A DNA stretch of 64,000 nucleotides from an uncultured Actinomycetes bacterium (lineage in GTDB: Bacteria; Actinomycetota; UBA4738; HRBIN12): positions 128,001 to 192,000 of the forward strand of contig CAVPIB010000001.1 in the NCBI GenBank assembly GCA_963704885.1. The letters are read 5' to 3'. A program made the translations under genes and the position numbers. The notes beneath the pieces are model-generated. The model made no database searches. It was not told the DNA's origin and saw only the letters and a list, made by a program, of their open reading frames with translations. Numbering within the stretch: position 1 is the stretch's first letter; each line of letters opens with the position of its first letter. Positions 39,350 through 48,503 of this stretch are shown piece after piece.

Positions 39350-39775
39350 CTACACGCGGTGGCGGCGCTCCTTCGGCCAGTAGACGATGACGATCTTGAC
39401 CTTCAGCTCATCCCTCCGCACCGGCCCGAACTGCCTGCTGTCGGTCGAAGCCTCGGCGAAGTCCCCCTCGACCCACCACTCGTCCGCACCGAGCAGGCGG
39501 TCCCCAGGATGATCGCCGGGGGCTGCGGTGATCCGCTTGACCATCTCGTAGCCGGGCCGCCCGGGGTGCTCAACCACCACCACGTCACCGACGCTGGGGT
39601 GGCGGAGCGGGACGGCGATCGCCCAGTCACCCGGCGCCAGGGTCGGAGCCATGCTCCCGCCCTCGATCGCGACACGCGACGGACGCCACCGTACGCACAC
39701 CCATACGACGCCCAGTGCGAAAACGAGGCCAGCGCCCCAGAACAGTTTCCTACCCCGGTGGTAGGTTTCGCCCAT
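39350..39775 (-). CDS. sodX: Nickel-SOD maturation protease (S26 family)
   Basis: GGSMAPTLAPGD, VKR, WVEGD, STDSRQFGPV; divergent from sodN; start uncertain. Confidence 0.88.
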   Translation of the reverse strand: MGETYHRGRKLFWGAGLVFALGVVWVCVRWRPSRVAIEGGSMAPTLAPGDWAIAVPLRHPSVGDVVVVEHPGRPGYEMVKRITAAPGDHPGDRLLGADEWWVEGDFAEASTDSRQFGPVRRDELKVKIVIVYWPKERRHRV

Positions 39776-39797
39776 CGGCTCATCCGAAGGAGGTGGC

Positions 39798-40196
39798 ATG
39801 TCCATGCTGGAAGCTTTGCTGAAGCCGGCCCGTACCGTCCACGCCCACTGCGATCTTCCGTGCGGCGTCTACGATCCGGCCCAGGCGCGCATCGAGGCAG
39901 AATCGGTGAAGGCCTGCCAGGAGAAGTTCGCGGGCTCCGACGACCCGGTTTTCCGTGAGCGCGCGATCGCGATCAAGGAAGAGCGCGCCACGATGGTCAA
40001 GGAGCACCTGTGGGTGCTGTGGACCGACTACTTCAAGCCCGAGCACCTCGAGCGCTTCCCTGATCTGCACGACAAGTTCTGGAACGCCACCAAGCTCGCC
40101 GGCGCCTCTAAGAAGAGCGAGGACCCGGCGCAGGGCCAGGAGCTCCTGAACGCGATCGACGAGATCTCGAAGATCTTCTGGGAGACGAAGTCCTAA
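39798..40196 (+). CDS. sodN: Nickel superoxide dismutase
   Basis: Ni-hook HCDLPCGVYDPA after a short leader; LWTDYFK; IFWETK. Confidence 0.97.
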   Translation: MSMLEALLKPARTVHAHCDLPCGVYDPAQARIEAESVKACQEKFAGSDDPVFRERAIAIKEERATMVKEHLWVLWTDYFKPEHLERFPDLHDKFWNATKLAGASKKSEDPAQGQELLNAIDEISKIFWETKS

Positions 40197-40219
40197 GCGC
40201 GACGGGTCGTTGAACCACC

Positions 40220-40245
40220 GAGGCCGGGGCTCAAGCCCCGGCCTC
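40220..40245 (+). terminator. Intrinsic terminator after sodN
   Basis: 11-bp stem GAGGCCGGGGC-TCAA-GCCCCGGCCTC followed by TTCCGTT. Confidence 0.75.
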
Positions 40246-40564
40246 TTCCGTTGCCGGATGGTGGAGGAACGGCGGACGGGCGGGGCCGTCGGATCCCTAC
40301 CCGTCCGCACGATCAGCCAGACCGCTATGAACCAGACCTATAGGCCCAGACCGCCAGGCCGATGAAAGAGGACCCGGCGGGGCGGGGTGGGTCTGGCGGC
40401 ACCCCGCCACCGCCAAGTCTCGCTATAGGAATCGGCGATATGACCGACCCCGCCGCAGTGACCGAACGGCCCCAGTTTCCCGGCCAAAGGGCGGATACGG
40501 GTCGCGTGGTCCGGGGACACCGGTCGGTCCGTCCGACGGCATCCGGCTGTTACGCTCGCGCCTC

Positions 40565-41539
40565 GTGAAGGACATCGGACTGGTCGGCGTGCCGTTCTCG
40601 GGCAAGTCCACGCTCTTCACCGCCCTCACGCGAGCCGGCTCCCACGGAGGTCAGGCGAACGTGGCCGTGGTCCCCGTCCCAGACCCCCGCCTGGCCGTGC
40701 TGACCCAGATGGAGCGGTCGAAGAAGACCGTTGCGGCGCAGGTCCGGTTCGTCGATGTACCCGGTGGGACCTCGTCGGCGCAGGGGATCGCGAAGCTCCG
40801 CGAGTCCGATGCGCTGGCGCTCGTGATCCGGTGTTTCGGGGCGGACGCGACCCCCGCCGAGGAGCTCGCGAACGTGCGCGCCGACCTGCTGCTGGCCGAC
40901 ATGACCGTGGTGGACAGCGCTCTGCAGAAGGCCGAGAAACGCGCGAAGGGCAAGGTTACGGACGAGGTCGCGGCGCTGCGGGCGGCCCATGCGGCGTTGG
41001 AGGCCGAGACCCCGTTGCGCGAAGCCCGGTTGGACGATGCGGTCGTGAACGAACTGCGGGGCCTGGCTCCGCTCACGCTGAAACCCGAGATCGTGATCGC
41101 GAACCTGGAGGAGGGAGCGCAGGTTCCCGCCGAGCTCGGCGATGCCGTCGGGGTGTTCGCGTCGATCGAGGCCGAGACGGCGGAGATGGATCCCGATGAG
41201 GCGCGCGCGCTGCTCGAGGAGTTCGGCGTGGAGGAGCCGGGCCTGGAGAAGGTGATCGCGGCGTGCTATCGCGCGCTCGACCTGATCACGTTCCTCACGA
41301 CGGGCGAGGACGAGACGCGCGCGTGGGAGGTGCGACGCGGTGCGCACGCACCCGAGGCGGCGGGCGTGATCCACACGGACCTGCAGCGCGGGTTCATCCG
41401 CGCCGAGGTGATCGGCTACGACGACCTGGTCGCCGCGGGATCCATGGAGGCCGCCAAGGCCGCCGGCAAGATCCGCGTGGAGGGCAAGGACTACGAGGTC
41501 CGCGAAGGCGACATCCTCCACGTCCGGTTCGCGGTCTAG
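40565..41539 (+). CDS. ychF: YchF/Obg-like ATPase with TGS domain (short, divergent)
   Basis: GVPFSGKSTLF, VPDPRL, FLTTGEDETRAW, AAGVIHTDLQRGFIRAEV, EGKDYEVREGD. Confidence 0.88.
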   Translation: MKDIGLVGVPFSGKSTLFTALTRAGSHGGQANVAVVPVPDPRLAVLTQMERSKKTVAAQVRFVDVPGGTSSAQGIAKLRESDALALVIRCFGADATPAEELANVRADLLLADMTVVDSALQKAEKRAKGKVTDEVAALRAAHAALEAETPLREARLDDAVVNELRGLAPLTLKPEIVIANLEEGAQVPAELGDAVGVFASIEAETAEMDPDEARALLEEFGVEEPGLEKVIAACYRALDLITFLTTGEDETRAWEVRRGAHAPEAAGVIHTDLQRGFIRAEVIGYDDLVAAGSMEAAKAAGKIRVEGKDYEVREGDILHVRFAV

Positions 41540-43252
41540 CTCCTGCTACGGTTCCCGGTCGGCGACTACTCTTCGATCAAGGCAACGATGGTCTCGTCGA
41601 GCTGCTCTGGACACGGTACGGCTCGCACCTGACCTCCGCCGTACCGGCGTCTGGGAAGTTGGCGGATAGGAGGCCCGACGGTCCCGTGCTCGACTGGGCC
41701 AGCCGCGAGCGTGAACGTCCGGATGGACGCCTTCGGCGAGGTGATGCGAGCGCGCAGGCTGCTTCGCCGACGAGTGTTCCCTCAGACCAACTGATGTCGC
41801 CTACGACGCGACGGTTCGACGCAAGGTTGAAGAAGACGTAGCGGCCGTCGTTCACGAAGAGCATCCCTGGACGCACCGAGCTTCGGCGGTGATCGGTGTT
41901 CCACCTTCGACCTGATGTTCCTGCCTGAGAACGGCCGACGGTTCGAGAGCCGCGAAGCCGAACGCGTGCAATCCCACAACCTCTCCTCCCTCGCCCATCA
42001 GGATCATCGCGCACTGGGCCTGCCAGGACACGTGATCACTCGTCGAGCTGAACGCGATATCGCACGATCGCCAGTCGGCCCAGCTTCGCCAGTTCCGGAG
42101 GAGGTCTCTACCTCGAGTCGAAGTGAGGGAGAGTTCCCCCGCTGGGACGAGACCGCTCGAAGCCGGCGAAGGAGCGGGACGATCGACGATCTCGATCGGC
42201 AGCCAGAATTGGGCTTGCGCGTCGTCCCACGTCGCGTCGACCGCGAGCGAGGTATCTCCCGGCAGGGAGGTCGAACGACGCTCCCGCGCTGGTGAGGTCG
42301 AGCTGCAAAGGACTCGCCGACCGGCGGACCGAAGTTCATTGTCTGCCCGCATAGCGCCAAGCGACGTGGTGGGTGGAGCGTCGTAGAGCGGAGCGGCGCT
42401 CCCCGCACCACCCGGACCACGTCGGCGTCGGTGAACGTGGGAGTCGCAGCATCTGCGAAACCGCTGCCGTTGTCGAACGTCCAGGAGTGCGTGCCGAGGG
42501 TCGCGGGGAACTTCGTACCTCCCACCGTGAACGACAGCTGCGGCGCTTGCAGGATCCGTCTCGTCGAACGTCAACACGGCGGCTTCTTCAACGGGCACGA
42601 CCTCGAAGAGGGCGGTGAAGGTCGCCGTTCCCTCATCCCAGACGCCGGTCAGTTCGATGACGTACTGCCCCGGGTTCCGAAGGGAGGATCGCAGACCCGT
42701 CCGACAGGTCGAGCACTGCTGCGGGGCGAGTCGATGGAGATCCCGTTCCGGATGGTCGCCGACGCCGAGGTCGCGTCGCCTGCACCACGAGGCGCGTTCC
42801 GGCCGGCACGCCGAAGTCGAGGTTGTACAAGGGTTGGTTGAATCCGTCGACCGGGATGTCCGGCCAGCCGGTCATCCCTTGGGTCGGGATCTCGGTCGCT
42901 TGCTCTCCGAGGCGGAACACGGCGGTCGGCAGATGGAGTTCCGTCGCCGTCGATGGCTCAGTCGGGGCGCGCAGGGTTACCACCAGATCTCCCGGACCGG
43001 GAGCGGTCGTCGAGCCGTCACCGTCTCCCACGGACACGCAGCCGGGTCGGACTGAGCACGTTCCACGCGAACGCCCCGGCTGCGATGAACACGACGAAGG
43101 CGACGACGCCCGCGACCACCCGTTGGCGGCGCCGAGGGAGCACAGCTTCCTCTTCACGGCCCGCTCGGTCCTTCGCTCGCTCGCTGCCAGAGCCCCGGAG
43201 TGGGAGATGCCTCTCGCAACCTCCGCAGTTCGCTCTGCCAGCGTTCAGGCAT
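41536..43252 (-). pseudogene. Anti-sigma-like single-pass membrane protein with a large extracellular part, multiply frameshifted (3' end approximate)
   Basis: Starts MPERWQSELRRL overlapping the sigma stop; TM RVVAGVVAFVVFIAAGAFAW; beta-rich segments alternate among frames. Confidence 0.55.
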
Positions 43253-43721
43253 CGTCGACCTCCCCGGCGCCGAGCAGCTCTCGGAGCCGCTTGCGGCCTC
43301 GATGGATGTGCACGCGAACGGTCGGCGCCACGATGCCTATCCGGCGCGCAACCTCCTCGACGGTCAAGCCTTCTTCGAACCGCAGGACGATCACCGCGCG
43401 CTGGTTCGGCGACAGACGGCGGAGCGCAGTCTAGAAGCTCACCCAAGCTCCGGCGGCTCGATGGTGGCATCGTGCAGCCTCTGCTCGCCTGCCGTCCCGA
43501 CGCATCTCTTCGGACGCGATCCGGAACGCCGTGCGGTAGATCCAAGCGAGTGGGTCGCGGATCCCACGCTTGTACGCGATCGCTCGCGCGAACGCTTCGG
43601 CCACGGCTTCGTCCGCCATCTCACGACGGCCGCCTGAGTATGCGTAGATCGCCCGCCAGAGACCCGGCCCATCGTCACGGAACAAGCGTTCGAAGTCGTG
43701 GGTCCGCTCGTGGGAAGCCAT
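43245..43721 (-). pseudogene. ECF sigma-70 factor, frameshifted near 43430-43480
   Basis: Region 2 (ADEAVAEAFARA...PLAWIYRTAFR) and region 4 (LSPNQRAVIVLRFEEGLTVEEVA...TVRVHIHRGRKRL) are in different frames. Confidence 0.8.
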
Positions 43722-43839
43722 GCCTGATTTCACAGACTCCAGGTTCGCCAGCATGGTCGCAACATCCACGGATCCCACCTCTCACACGACAGAGGCCGGG
43801 GAAGGGCCTGGCGTTTACATGCGAGTAGCATCTCCCGCG

Positions 43840-44229
43840 ATGGCCGACACGTACCGGATCGGCGAAGCGGCAGACATCCTCGGCGTGCGCGTGGAGACGC
43901 TGCGACGTTGGGAACGCGCCGGCAAGCTGAAGACCGAGCGGACGCCCGGTTCTCAGCGGTTGGTGCCGGCGTCCGAGGTCGCGCGCCTGCTCACCGAGAC
44001 CCATGGTCGAGGGCCGATCGCAGCCGGCAGCGCCCGCAACCGGTTCCGAGGCATCATCACCGAGATCAAGACCGACAAGCTCTCGGCGACGGTCGAGATC
44101 CAGGCCGGTCCCCACCGGATCCTGGCCTTCATCACCCGCGAGGCAGTCGACCAGTTGGGACTGAAGCCGGGGATGGAAGCCGTGGCCACCGTGAAGGCCA
44201 CGAGCGTGATGGTGAACCTGCCCGACTGA
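43840..44229 (+). CDS. MerR-type HTH + TOBE domain molybdate regulator
   Basis: YRIGEAADILGV..ETLRRW; SARNRFRG...LGLKPGMEAVATVKATSV. Confidence 0.9.
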   Translation: MADTYRIGEAADILGVRVETLRRWERAGKLKTERTPGSQRLVPASEVARLLTETHGRGPIAAGSARNRFRGIITEIKTDKLSATVEIQAGPHRILAFITREAVDQLGLKPGMEAVATVKATSVMVNLPD

Positions 44230-44291
44230 GCTTTCGTCTTTCGTATCACCAGCTTTCCTTGGCTGCATAGCACCTGATATATGCTGCTGGC

Positions 44292-45494
44292 ATGAATGGG
44301 ACGATAGCGATCTCCGCTCCGCCCATCGAGCGTCCGTTCCGCATCTCCGTCGGCGAGGTGGCAGGCGCCGTCGCGGACCTCGGCGTGATGGTCCCGCTCG
44401 CAACGGCGCTCATCCTGGTGAACGGTCTCGACGCGGGATCCGTGTTGGTCTGCGCCGGCCTGCTGGTCGTGGGCGCCGGGCTCGTGTTCCGCGTTCCGTT
44501 CCCGGTGCAACCGCTCAAGGCGCTCACCGCGGTGGCCGTCGCGCAGCAGCTCGCGCCCGGCGTGATCCACGCGGCGGGTCTCGAGATCGCCGGGTTCCTC
44601 CTGTTGCTCTCCGTTCGACACGTTGCCGACGGGATCGCCCGGGTGTTCACCAAGCCGGTCGTTCGCGCGCTCCAGCTGGGCGTGGGCATCCTCTTGCTCA
44701 TCACCGCGATGAAACTGGTCGCTTCACCACCGGAGGTCTTCGCCGGCACCCCACCCACGCCCTGGCCGTGGCTCCTGCTCGCCGGCGCGTTCGCGGGGGT
44801 GATGGCAGCCAGCCTCACACGTCACTACTGGATCGCCATCGCCATCCTGGTGGGTGGCGTCGCAGCGGCTTGGGTAGTGGCCGATCCGAACGTCGGAGGG
44901 CCTGCCTTCACGCTCCCATCGTTCGGCCTGCCGGCCGCCCGAGACTTCGGAACCGCGTTCCTTCTGCTCGTGGTGCCCCAACTGCCCCTCACGTTCGGCA
45001 ACGCCGTGGTGGCGGTCGACGAGCTGGAGCACGAGTACTTCGGAGTCGCTGCGTCGCGTGTGACACCATCGCGGATCTGTCTATCCGCGGGAGCGGGCAA
45101 CCTCGTCTCCGGGGTGCTCGGGGGGATGCCCATGTGCCACGGCGCCGGCGGGCTCACCGCCCACACGCGGCTCGGGGCGCGCACGGCCGGCATGAACATC
45201 GTCCTAGGCGGCGCGTTCCTGGTCCTCGGGTTGTTCTTCGCCGCTCAGGTGCCGGTCCTGCTTGGGCTGCTGCCCGTCTGGGGTCTGGCCGCGTTCCTCG
45301 CATACGCCGGCCTGCGACACGCGTGGCTCGTATCGGACCTCCGCCGCTTCGACCTGCTCGTCGCCGTTATCTGCGGCGCGTTGGGTGCATGGTTCGGCAA
45401 CCTGGCGATCACCGCCGCGCTCGCGTTGCTCGCAGTTCACGGCTCGACACTCCTGCGGAGGTTGCGAGGTCGGGCCGGTACCCTTGTTCGATGA
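44292..45494 (+). CDS. MOT1-family molybdate/sulfate transporter
   Basis: EVAGAVADLG, PFPVQPLKA, PQLPLTFGNAV, GGMPMCHGAGGLTAH. Confidence 0.88.
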   Translation: MNGTIAISAPPIERPFRISVGEVAGAVADLGVMVPLATALILVNGLDAGSVLVCAGLLVVGAGLVFRVPFPVQPLKALTAVAVAQQLAPGVIHAAGLEIAGFLLLLSVRHVADGIARVFTKPVVRALQLGVGILLLITAMKLVASPPEVFAGTPPTPWPWLLLAGAFAGVMAASLTRHYWIAIAILVGGVAAAWVVADPNVGGPAFTLPSFGLPAARDFGTAFLLLVVPQLPLTFGNAVVAVDELEHEYFGVAASRVTPSRICLSAGAGNLVSGVLGGMPMCHGAGGLTAHTRLGARTAGMNIVLGGAFLVLGLFFAAQVPVLLGLLPVWGLAAFLAYAGLRHAWLVSDLRRFDLLVAVICGALGAWFGNLAITAALALLAVHGSTLLRRLRGRAGTLVR

Positions 45495-46141
45495 AGACCG
45501 GCGAACGCCAGTCACTCGAAGCGCCCGAACCCGCATCCCGCAAACCCACGAAGGCCGGCGTGCTCGGGTTCCTGGGCGAACTTCCGGGCCTGATCCTGAT
45601 GGCCTTCCTGCTGGCCATACTGATCCGGACATTCCTGTTCCAGGCGTTCTTCATCCCCAGCCCGTCCATGGAACCGACGCTCATCCAGGGCGACCGGGTG
45701 TTGGTCAACAAGATCCCCTACTACTTCCACGACCCCCGGCGCGGGGACATCGTGGTCTTCGAGAACCCCAACCCGAACGCGATACCCGATCGAGGACTGG
45801 TCGGCGGATTCCTCCATTGGCTCTTCCAAGGCCTGGGCGTAGAGCAACCCGAGAACGAGGACTTCATCAAGCGGGTGATCGGCGTGCCGGGCGATACCGT
45901 GCAGGGCAAGAAGGGGTTCGTTCTCGTGAACGGGGAGAAGATAGACGAGCCCTACCTCACGCAGAAGACCCAGCCGTTCGACGCGGTCACCGTTCCGGAG
46001 GGCAAGCTCTTCGTGATGGGCGACAACCGCGGCAACTCACTCGACTCGAGGTTCACTCTGGGTTTCGTGCCGATCGACAAGGTGATCGGCAAGGCCTTCA
46101 TCAAGATCTGGCCTCCGACACGGTTCGGTTTGCTTCACTAG
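45491..46141 (+). CDS. lepB: Signal peptidase I
   Basis: IPSPSMEPTL, FIKRVIG, MGDNRGNSLDSR. Confidence 0.95.
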   Translation: MKTGERQSLEAPEPASRKPTKAGVLGFLGELPGLILMAFLLAILIRTFLFQAFFIPSPSMEPTLIQGDRVLVNKIPYYFHDPRRGDIVVFENPNPNAIPDRGLVGGFLHWLFQGLGVEQPENEDFIKRVIGVPGDTVQGKKGFVLVNGEKIDEPYLTQKTQPFDAVTVPEGKLFVMGDNRGNSLDSRFTLGFVPIDKVIGKAFIKIWPPTRFGLLH

Positions 46142-46161
46142 TCTGGGTCAGACTAGTGAAG
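46133..46161. repeat. Perfect 13-bp-arm palindrome, core ACTAGTCTG-N3-CAGACTAGT (copy 1)
   Basis: CTTCACTAGTCTG-GGT-CAGACTAGTGAAG at the convergent lepB / P-type ATPase junction. Confidence 0.8.
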
Positions 46162-46166
46162 AGCGG

Positions 46167-48503
46167 CTAGTCGCTGGAGGCCTGCGGTCCGATCGGTCGA
46201 TCCCCGGGAACGAACAGCCGTGCGAACGACCACACGATCGCCGCGATACCGAACGCGGCCAGCCACAAGATGTAGTCCGGCGGATCAAGCGCGAAGAAGG
46301 TCTGCGTGGCAGGGAGCAGGAGCGCCAGTGAGAAGAGCCCGGCCATCGACCAGATCAGAGTCAGGCGGGCGCGGCTGAGCGGCGCCGCGATGATCGACAG
46401 CACCAAGAGTCCGATCCAGGTGAGCACCATGACGGCGCTCGTCCGAGCCTGCTCCAAGGTCACGCCGTCCTGGTCCTTGACCAAGGCGTACGCGAGGAAC
46501 GTAGCGATCGCCGCGAGCGCGCCCGCCGGCACGGCGAACCGCGCCACCCTACCCACGAACCCGGGCCGGAACCGCTCGGTGTTCGGCGCGAGCGCCAGGA
46601 AGAACGACGGGATCCCGATCGTTACCGCGCCGATCAATGTGAGATGCCGCGGCAGGAACGGGAACGCGAACCCCGCCACGCCCACAGCGAGGGAAAGCAG
46701 CATGGCGTAGACGGTCTTGGTGAGGTACAGGCCGGACGTGCGTTCGATATTGCCCAGCACACGCCGACCCTCCGCCACCACGTGCGGTAACGCGTCGAAG
46801 TTAGAATCCAACAGCACGACCTGCGCGACGGCGCGCGTGGCGTCGCTCCCCGAACCCATGGCCACGCCCATGTCTGCCTCCTTCAGCGCGAGCGCGTCGT
46901 TCACGCCGTCGCCCGTCATAGCCACCACGTGCCCTCGGGAACGGAGCGCTGCGACCATGGCGCGCTTCTGGTGCGGCGTCACCCGGCCGAACACGGACGG
47001 ACCCTCGAGCGCGGCTGCCATGCCGGCCTGGTCCTCGGGCAGGATCCGAGCGTCGACGGCATCGGCCGCACCCGGGAGCCCCAGCTGCGACGCGATCGCC
47101 CCGACCGTCCGCGGATCGTCCCCTGAGATCACCTTCACGGCGACGCCTTGCTCTTCGAAGTACCGCAAGGTGCGTTCCGCCTCGGGACGCAGCGAGTCGC
47201 GCAACGTGACCACGGCGGCCGGCCGGATGTCGGCGGGCAGCTCGGCACCGACATCCGTGCCCGGCGCATGCGCCAGTACGAGCACCCGCGCCCCCGAGGA
47301 GGTCGCGTCTTGGACCAGCGCCTGCCCGACGTCATCTCCCCGGAGGAGGACGTCCGCGCCGCCGACGTACCACGACCCGTGCCCGTCGAACGAGGCCGCG
47401 GTCCATTTCCTGGCAGAGGAGAACGGAACCGAACCGACCGGCGACCACCCGGTGGGGGCTGCCGGGAACCGCTCCCGGATCGCGGACATGGTGGCATTCG
47501 GATTCGGATCGTCGGCCGCGATCGCGGCGAGCGCTTGCGCTACGGGCGCCTCCACATCGAGCGGCTCGACGGCGATCACCGACAGTTTCCCCTCTGTAAG
47601 CGTGCCTGTCTTGTCGATGCAGAGCACGTCGATGCGCGCGAGCCCCTCCACCGCCGGCAGCTCCTGCACCAACACGTTGCGTCTGGCCAACCGCACCACG
47701 GCGACGGCGAACGCGATGCTCATCAAGAGCACCAGCCCTTCCGGGACCATCGCCACCGTGCCGGCGACGGCACCGCTCACGGCCACCCGCCAGGAGTCAT
47801 GGTGGCGGATCTGACTGATGAACAGCAGAGCCGCCGTCGGCACTATCGCGATCGTGACCCACCGCAGGATCTGGTCGACGCCCTCCCGCAGCTCCGAACG
47901 GGTGAGCGCGAATCGACGGGCCTCCTCGGCCAGCCGAACCGCATAGGCGTCCGCGCCGACCGCGGTCGCGAGCATCCGGCCGGCGCCGGCCGATACGAAC
48001 GAGCCCGAGAGCGCCGCGTCATCCGGGGTCTTGCGCACGGCGTCCGACTCCCCGGTCAGTAGGGACTCGTCCAGCTCGAGGCCGTCGGAGGAAAGGACCG
48101 TGCCGTCAACCACGACCTGGCCTCCGGGCGCCAGATCGAGCACGTCGTCGAGCACCACGCGATCGACCTCGAGTTCCCGCACGTCGCCGTCGCGCACCAC
48201 GCGAGCCTTGGGCGCGGTGAGCACGGTAAGGGCGTCGAGCGTTCGCTTCGCCCGAAGCTCCTGCACGATGCCGATGCCGGCGTTCGCGATGAGAACGAAA
48301 CCGAAGAGCGCGTCTTGGATCGGACCGACCACCAAGATGACCGCGAGCATCGCGCCGAGCAGCGCGTTGAACCGCGTGAATACGTTGGCGCGCACGATCT
48401 GGCCGACCGTGCGCGTGCGGGTGCGCGGCACCACGTTCACCAGGCCTCGCGCCTCGCGATCGGCCACCTCGCTCGCGGTGAGACCCCGCTCGGGATCCGT
48501 CAT
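46167..48503 (-). CDS. Cation-transporting P-type ATPase (CtpE-like)
   Basis: LTGES, VPEGL, DKTGTLT, ISGD, TGDGVND. Confidence 0.93.
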   Translation of the reverse strand: MTDPERGLTASEVADREARGLVNVVPRTRTRTVGQIVRANVFTRFNALLGAMLAVILVVGPIQDALFGFVLIANAGIGIVQELRAKRTLDALTVLTAPKARVVRDGDVRELEVDRVVLDDVLDLAPGGQVVVDGTVLSSDGLELDESLLTGESDAVRKTPDDAALSGSFVSAGAGRMLATAVGADAYAVRLAEEARRFALTRSELREGVDQILRWVTIAIVPTAALLFISQIRHHDSWRVAVSGAVAGTVAMVPEGLVLLMSIAFAVAVVRLARRNVLVQELPAVEGLARIDVLCIDKTGTLTEGKLSVIAVEPLDVEAPVAQALAAIAADDPNPNATMSAIRERFPAAPTGWSPVGSVPFSSARKWTAASFDGHGSWYVGGADVLLRGDDVGQALVQDATSSGARVLVLAHAPGTDVGAELPADIRPAAVVTLRDSLRPEAERTLRYFEEQGVAVKVISGDDPRTVGAIASQLGLPGAADAVDARILPEDQAGMAAALEGPSVFGRVTPHQKRAMVAALRSRGHVVAMTGDGVNDALALKEADMGVAMGSGSDATRAVAQVVLLDSNFDALPHVVAEGRRVLGNIERTSGLYLTKTVYAMLLSLAVGVAGFAFPFLPRHLTLIGAVTIGIPSFFLALAPNTERFRPGFVGRVARFAVPAGALAAIATFLAYALVKDQDGVTLEQARTSAVMVLTWIGLLVLSIIAAPLSRARLTLIWSMAGLFSLALLLPATQTFFALDPPDYILWLAAFGIAAIVWSFARLFVPGDRPIGPQASSD

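Noticed and set aside
39350-40196. Divergent sodX/sodN pair
   Set aside because: Well-known actinobacterial Ni-SOD module; not novel.
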